64,000 nucleotides of DNA from Acidobacteriota bacterium (GTDB taxonomy: Bacteria; Acidobacteriota; UBA890; WLXD01): positions 3,648,001 to 3,712,000 of the forward strand of contig CBDFKD010000002.1 in NCBI GenBank assembly GCA_965248695.1. The letters run 5' to 3'. The notes beneath the pieces are model-generated. The model did not search any database and had not been told where the DNA came from. It saw only the letters and a list, made by a program, of their open reading frames with translations. The translations under genes were made by a program, and so were the position numbers. Of this stretch, positions 59,260 to 64,000 are shown one piece after another (position 1 is the stretch's first letter; the number at the start of each line of letters is the position of its first letter).

Positions 59260-60222
59260 TCAGCGACCGCGGGCCTGGCGCAGATCGTCGAGCAGCGTGG
59301 TCATATCGTCTGGCGGGGCCGTTTCCATTTGCATCCGCCGGCCGTCGTCCGGGTGCGCGAAGGCAAGCCGGTGAGCATGCAGCGCCGGGCGCCCGAAGCT
59401 CGCGAGCGATCGTCGCAGAGCGTCGTCCTGGATGCCCTTCCATTGCTTGCCTGTGTACAGCTTGTCACCGACGATCGGATGATGGATGTGGGACAAGTGC
59501 GCCCGCACCTGATGCGTCCGTCCGGTCTTCGGAAAGGCGCGCATCAGCGTTAGCCCGGGTCCCGGGAAGTCTTCCTCTACACTCCAGCGCGTGCGCGCGT
59601 CGCGCGGCTGGTTGGTGTTGGCGGAGATCTTCTTGCGGTCGGATCGGTCCCGTCCGATCGCGACTTCAATCACGCCGCTCGGCAGCTTTGGTCGCCCATA
59701 CGTGAGCGCCAAGTATTGCTTATCGACTGTTCGGTCGGCGAACTGATCAGCGAGCCGTTGATGGGCCACATCGGTAAGTGCCACGACGATCACGCCGCTC
59801 GTGCCGCGATCCAGACGGTGCACGATCCCCGGCCTGGCCGTGTCGGTCAGCGCCGAGAGTCGGCGCTCGTAGCGATGCAACAGCGCGTTGACCAGCGTAC
59901 CGGAGGGATGCCCGGGAGCCGGGTGTACCACCATCCCCGCCGGCTTGTTGATGATTGCCAGGGCGGCATCTTCGTACAGCACGTCGAGCGGTATGTCCTC
60001 GCCGGTGACGTCCCAGTTGGGCGATCGCGCCGCCATGGCGACCTGGATGATCTGTCCGGCGCCCACGGGTCGAGAGGCCTTGCGTGCGAGCTCGTCGTCG
60101 ATTCGCACCGAGCCCGCTTCGATCAGCCCCTGCGCGCGGGAGCGCGACAGCTCGGTGAGCCGGCGGGCGAGCAGGCGATCGAGCCGCTCTCCGGTGTCCT
60201 CGGCGCCGACCTCGAGCCGCAC
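59260..60222 (-). CDS. rluD: RluA/RluD-family pseudouridine synthase with S4 domain
   Basis: NKPAGMVVHP, GIVHRLDRGTSG, TGRTHQVR. Confidence 0.9.
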   Translation of the reverse strand: MRLEVGAEDTGERLDRLLARRLTELSRSRAQGLIEAGSVRIDDELARKASRPVGAGQIIQVAMAARSPNWDVTGEDIPLDVLYEDAALAIINKPAGMVVHPAPGHPSGTLVNALLHRYERRLSALTDTARPGIVHRLDRGTSGVIVVALTDVAHQRLADQFADRTVDKQYLALTYGRPKLPSGVIEVAIGRDRSDRKKISANTNQPRDARTRWSVEEDFPGPGLTLMRAFPKTGRTHQVRAHLSHIHHPIVGDKLYTGKQWKGIQDDALRRSLASFGRPALHAHRLAFAHPDDGRRMQMETAPPDDMTTLLDDLRQARGR

Positions 60223-60254
60223 GATCGTCGGCTCGGAGGATAGGTCGGGTGGGC

Positions 60255-61154
60255 TCAGGTGGTGCTCTCCGCCGTCTTTCGCAGGCCTGTTCGCAGGCGC
60301 GCCAACATGCCCAGGGCCAGCGTCACCATGATGATGGAAACGAACTGGGACGTAGAGAGCATGCCGCCGAAGACCGCTCCGCGGGGATCACCACGCCAGA
60401 ACTCGAGCACGAAGCGAAATACGCCGTACCCCAGCACGTACACCCAGAAAACCTGACCGTCGAACTTCTTGCGCTGGTAGAACAGGAGCAACAGCCCGAA
60501 GATCGCCAGGTTGCCGAGCGCCGAGTACAGCTGTGTGGGATGTAACGGGATGTTCAACGGGACACCGACCAGCGTGCCGCTGTAGCTGTTGTCGAAGGCC
60601 ACACCCCAGGGCGCATCGGTCGGGATGCCGTAGCAGCACCCTGCCGCGAAGCAACCGACGCGGCCGAAGGCATGCGCGATCGCGATCGCCGGCGCCGCGA
60701 CGTCCATCGCCTTCCACATTGGGACTGCGTAGCGGCGCATGTACCAGACCCCGACGATCAGACCGGCGATCATGCCGCCGTAGAAGACGCCGCCTGCCTG
60801 TAGCAGGCTGAGTCCCATCCGCGCCAGTGTTCCGATGAACGCCCCGACGCCGCCGATGTAGGGCGACAGCGCTTGGCCGACGCTACCACCGCCGTTTTCG
60901 AGGATGCTGCTGAACTGACGCCCGTAGAATTCGTGGTCGACGATCAGCAGGAGCAGCTTCGCTCCTACGAGGCCGCCCAGGATGACGTAGACGCCGAGGT
61001 CAACCATCTGATCCGGGTCGATTCCCTCGCGACGTGCCAGGCGCCGCGCGACGATTACTGCGACCAGGAACGCAACGACCAGCAGCACGCCATAGGTGTG
61101 GATCGTGATAGGGCCGATGCCGGGGATCGGCAACCGAAACAGAATCGGAAACAT
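60255..61154 (-). CDS. lgt: Prolipoprotein diacylglyceryl transferase
   Basis: YG, GGVFYGG, GRVGCF..GCCYG, HPTQLY, RFVLEFWR. Confidence 0.93.
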   Translation of the reverse strand: MFPILFRLPIPGIGPITIHTYGVLLVVAFLVAVIVARRLARREGIDPDQMVDLGVYVILGGLVGAKLLLLIVDHEFYGRQFSSILENGGGSVGQALSPYIGGVGAFIGTLARMGLSLLQAGGVFYGGMIAGLIVGVWYMRRYAVPMWKAMDVAAPAIAIAHAFGRVGCFAAGCCYGIPTDAPWGVAFDNSYSGTLVGVPLNIPLHPTQLYSALGNLAIFGLLLLFYQRKKFDGQVFWVYVLGYGVFRFVLEFWRGDPRGAVFGGMLSTSQFVSIIMVTLALGMLARLRTGLRKTAESTT

Positions 61155-61169
61155 CGAGACCTCGTGAAC

Positions 61170-61742
61170 TCAGGCGTCGTCAGCTGTCGGCGATTCGGCC
61201 GGCTCGCTGTCGTCGCCCGGTAGGTGCTGGGGTGCTGTCGGTGCCTCGGTATCCCTGGCGAGCGCCAGGAACAGAGCGATACCACCCATGGTAATGGCTG
61301 AGTCGGCGACGTTGAAAGCGGGGAACTCGTGGCGGTTCCAGTGCAGCAGCACGAAATCGATCACGTAGCCGTGTATCAGGCGGTCGAGCAAGTTGCCCAT
61401 GGCGCCGCCGAGAATTGCTCCAAAGGCGATGGCCACGGGCCGCTGCGCGCTCTCGTGGCGGGCGTATGACCAGATGATGAGGACTGCCGCTATCGCCACC
61501 GCGACCAGGGCCCATCGAACCCATCCTGCCTGCCCGGTATTGAAGAAGCCGAAGGCCATGCCGCGATTGTGTACGTGCGTCAGCGACACGACGTTGGCGA
61601 ACACCGGCACGCGTGCGTGGAGTGGGATGTTCATCTGACACAGTGCCTTGGTAATCTGATCGATGATCAGAATACCGACGCTGGTGATGAAGATGGCACG
61701 CCGAGGCTGGGGCACCTCGAGTGCTGCGGCGGTCGGTTCCAT
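61170..61742 (-). CDS. lspA: Signal peptidase II
   Basis: DQITK, NRGMAFG, GAMGNLLDR, FNVADS. Confidence 0.95.
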   Translation of the reverse strand: MEPTAAALEVPQPRRAIFITSVGILIIDQITKALCQMNIPLHARVPVFANVVSLTHVHNRGMAFGFFNTGQAGWVRWALVAVAIAAVLIIWSYARHESAQRPVAIAFGAILGGAMGNLLDRLIHGYVIDFVLLHWNRHEFPAFNVADSAITMGGIALFLALARDTEAPTAPQHLPGDDSEPAESPTADDA

Positions 61743-61770
61743 GGTCCTCTGGCGCTCGCGGGCTTGCTGC

Positions 61771-63822
61771 TCAGGCGTCGGGTTGTTCGTTGTTACCGGC
61801 GGCCCGCACGGCGAGCGGGTCAAGGTCAATCACCCGCAGGCCGTGACCGCGGGTGGCGACAAGAGCATACCCCGGCGCTTGCGCGCTGAGGCGCAGTGCC
61901 CATGCTCGCTCCAGACCCGGGTCCTCGTCGAGCACCAGCCAGTGCTGTCCCTCCCCATGGCCGCGGTACAGGGCCCCGCTGTAGTCCAGCGCCAGAACCT
62001 GATCCGGATTGGCCGGGTCGACCTCAACCGCCCGCAGTCCTGCTGCCGGCCACGGGATAGGCAGCTCGGTCCAGGCGGCACCGCCATCCTCGGTGCGAAA
62101 AACTGCACTGGTGGTGATGGCGTAGGCCACGTTGCGATCGTCGGGATGGAGTGCGAGGTCTATGATTCCTGCCGGCAGTCCGGTCAGCTTCGCGGTCTGC
62201 GGCCGCTGTCCGGCGACCAGCTCCCTCAGGTCCCCGCGCACCGCCCACCCGTCGCCGACCGCGAGCGCGAAGGTGTCGCCGATGGTCAACGCCTCGACGG
62301 CGGCGCCGCTCCAGAGCGCTCGCCACACGGGTCCAGAGTCGCGATCGAAGGGCTGTGCGGCGCCCTCGTTGTCGTCCAGCGAAGCTGCGGTCGCGACATA
62401 TAGCCCGCGACTCGTGGCGGCGATCACGTGTCCATCGACGGCGTGGGCGATCTCGACCGCCGTGAGCTCCCCGGGGGGCGCTGGAACGGGCACCCATCGT
62501 CCTCTGGGGAATGCGCTCCACCATCCGGTCTCTCCGACGACCAGCGCCCGGTTCACCGGTTCGATCTGCGCCCGCAGGAAGCGGATCGAGCCGATCGATG
62601 GCGTCACGCCGAGCGGACGCCAGGTCTGGCCGACGTCGGTCGAGATGTGCACGGACTCGCGCAGAGGTCCGTCGCTTCGTGCTGCGAACAGGACGCGAGG
62701 CGCTCCGGGCAACGCGTCGAACGCCACCACGCGAGCGCTGTGAAGGCCGCGGTTGCGCTCGTGAAACCTGCCACCGGGGGTGCCCGCCAGGACGCCGCGC
62801 TCTTCGGTTGCCACGAAGACTCGATCGCCCTGCGGTGCGATCGCCAAGGCGCTGACCGACACGGCCCCCAGAATGATCGACCAGTTGACCCCGTGGTCGG
62901 TGGATTGGTACAGCGCTCCGCGCGTACCGGCGTAGATCACCGCCGGATTGCGAGGGTCGTGGACGATCGTGTGGACACGATTGTGCTCGGTCGACACGCC
63001 GGTGCGGCGCTCGTCCCAGTTGCCGCCCGCGTCGTTGGAGCAGTACAGGAAGTTGCACGTGCCCGCAAATACCGTGTCGGGATCGTTGGGATCGATGGCG
63101 AGCGAGAAGATGTCGCGGTCGACCGCCATGCCCTCATACACGCGTTGCCAGGTGCTGCCGCCATCGCGGCTCCGATACACCTGGCGCCAGGTACCCGCAT
63201 ACACATGTTCGGGATCGCGCGGGTCGACAGCGAGAGACTCGACGAACTCCGCTACCAGGCCCTCGCCATTGACGTTACGCCACGAGTCGCCGAGGTCGTC
63301 GCTGCGCCAGACGCCGCCAATGCCGCCGACGTACATCGTCCGTACGCGCGACGGGGCGACGGCGATGGATCGAAGCGACGGATCCCCAGCCAGCGCCAGA
63401 TTCTCCCAGGTGGCGCCGCCGTCGCGTGTGCGGCTGAGCCCACCGCTGCCCTGCGGCGTCCAGTAGGCGGCGAACACCACGTCGGCGTCGCCCGGGTGAA
63501 CCAGCAGGTTGTCGACCACGGCGTCGTGCCCCATGGCCACGGGCAGCTCGTTCCAGCTCTCGGCCGCGTCGCGCGAGGCGTACACGTGCCCGGTCGCCGT
63601 TCCCAGGTACAGGCGCGACGGGTCGCTGGGGGACAACACCAGCGATCGGACCTCACCTCCCGGGGGACCCAGGCTCTGGCCGACTCGCGAGCCGAGGTGG
63701 GCGACGATGCGCTCGCGGGCGCTTTCCTGGGTGTCCTGCGCCGGTGACGAACGCACGGCCGGGGCGATGACCAGCATCGCCCCGGCCGCGAGAGTCAGCG
63801 CCCGGAGTTTCCGAGCTGCCAT
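61771..63822 (-). CDS. Secreted BNR/Asp-box beta-propeller protein
   Basis: Signal peptide; repeated S/T-x-D-x-G-x-T/S-W motifs. Confidence 0.85.
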   Translation of the reverse strand: MAARKLRALTLAAGAMLVIAPAVRSSPAQDTQESARERIVAHLGSRVGQSLGPPGGEVRSLVLSPSDPSRLYLGTATGHVYASRDAAESWNELPVAMGHDAVVDNLLVHPGDADVVFAAYWTPQGSGGLSRTRDGGATWENLALAGDPSLRSIAVAPSRVRTMYVGGIGGVWRSDDLGDSWRNVNGEGLVAEFVESLAVDPRDPEHVYAGTWRQVYRSRDGGSTWQRVYEGMAVDRDIFSLAIDPNDPDTVFAGTCNFLYCSNDAGGNWDERRTGVSTEHNRVHTIVHDPRNPAVIYAGTRGALYQSTDHGVNWSIILGAVSVSALAIAPQGDRVFVATEERGVLAGTPGGRFHERNRGLHSARVVAFDALPGAPRVLFAARSDGPLRESVHISTDVGQTWRPLGVTPSIGSIRFLRAQIEPVNRALVVGETGWWSAFPRGRWVPVPAPPGELTAVEIAHAVDGHVIAATSRGLYVATAASLDDNEGAAQPFDRDSGPVWRALWSGAAVEALTIGDTFALAVGDGWAVRGDLRELVAGQRPQTAKLTGLPAGIIDLALHPDDRNVAYAITTSAVFRTEDGGAAWTELPIPWPAAGLRAVEVDPANPDQVLALDYSGALYRGHGEGQHWLVLDEDPGLERAWALRLSAQAPGYALVATRGHGLRVIDLDPLAVRAAGNNEQPDA

Positions 63823-63836
63823 GGCCCTGGCAGGCC

Positions 63837-64000
63837 CTAGCGCGGCGGGATCGTAACGACGATATGGATGCGACGGTTGCGCGCCCGGCCGGCGGCAGTG
63901 CTGTTGTCGGCGATCTGGTCACTGCTGCCGCGCGAGCTCGTGTGGATCCGCGACGCGCTGATGCTGTGGCGGTCGACGAGGTCTGTGCGCGCGTTGTCGG
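63837..64000 (-). CDS. C-terminus of an OmpA-like peptidoglycan-binding protein
   Basis: Manual translation DNARTDLVDRHSISASRIHTSSRGSSDQIADNSTAAGRARNRRIHIVV. Confidence 0.8.
   Translation of the reverse strand, partial: DNARTDLVDRHSISASRIHTSSRGSSDQIADNSTAAGRARNRRIHIVVTIPPR

Overview
High-GC bacterial chromosome segment. The VWFA-type protein and Ser/Thr kinase-beta-propeller genes suggest Acidobacteriota (inference). Three zones. (1) 1-21.7 kb: hemW, a nonsense-interrupted UvrD helicase, yceI, then a ~17.7 kb envelope-modification cluster: O-antigen-ligase/TPR protein, four GT4 glycosyltransferases, three B12-radical SAM genes (one internally deleted), two methyltransferases, an amidohydrolase and a nucleotidyltransferase, with a small phage-like insert. 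(2) 21.8-38.4 kb: an accessory zone between convergent tRNA-fMet and tRNA-Val genes. It holds at least four tRNA 3'-fragment (att-like) scars with helically phased 10-12 bp repeats but no integrase, nested or eroded IS3 elements, kinases, a VWA protein, a sulfatase and decayed TA-like pairs. (3) 38.6-64 kb: intact core genes: Tat-signal alanine racemase, Rrf2-sufCBD-Rieske-sufSU-sufT, PP2C/NHL/PEGA-PDZ operon, ornithine cyclodeaminase family, erpA, menG, fatty-acid hydroxylase, EF-G2, RluD, lgt, lspA, BNR-repeat protein and the end of an OmpA gene. Best candidates for new biology: the B12-radical-SAM/glycosyltransferase cluster and the integrase-less tRNA-anchored cassette stack. All calls come from motif recognition by eye; no searches were run.
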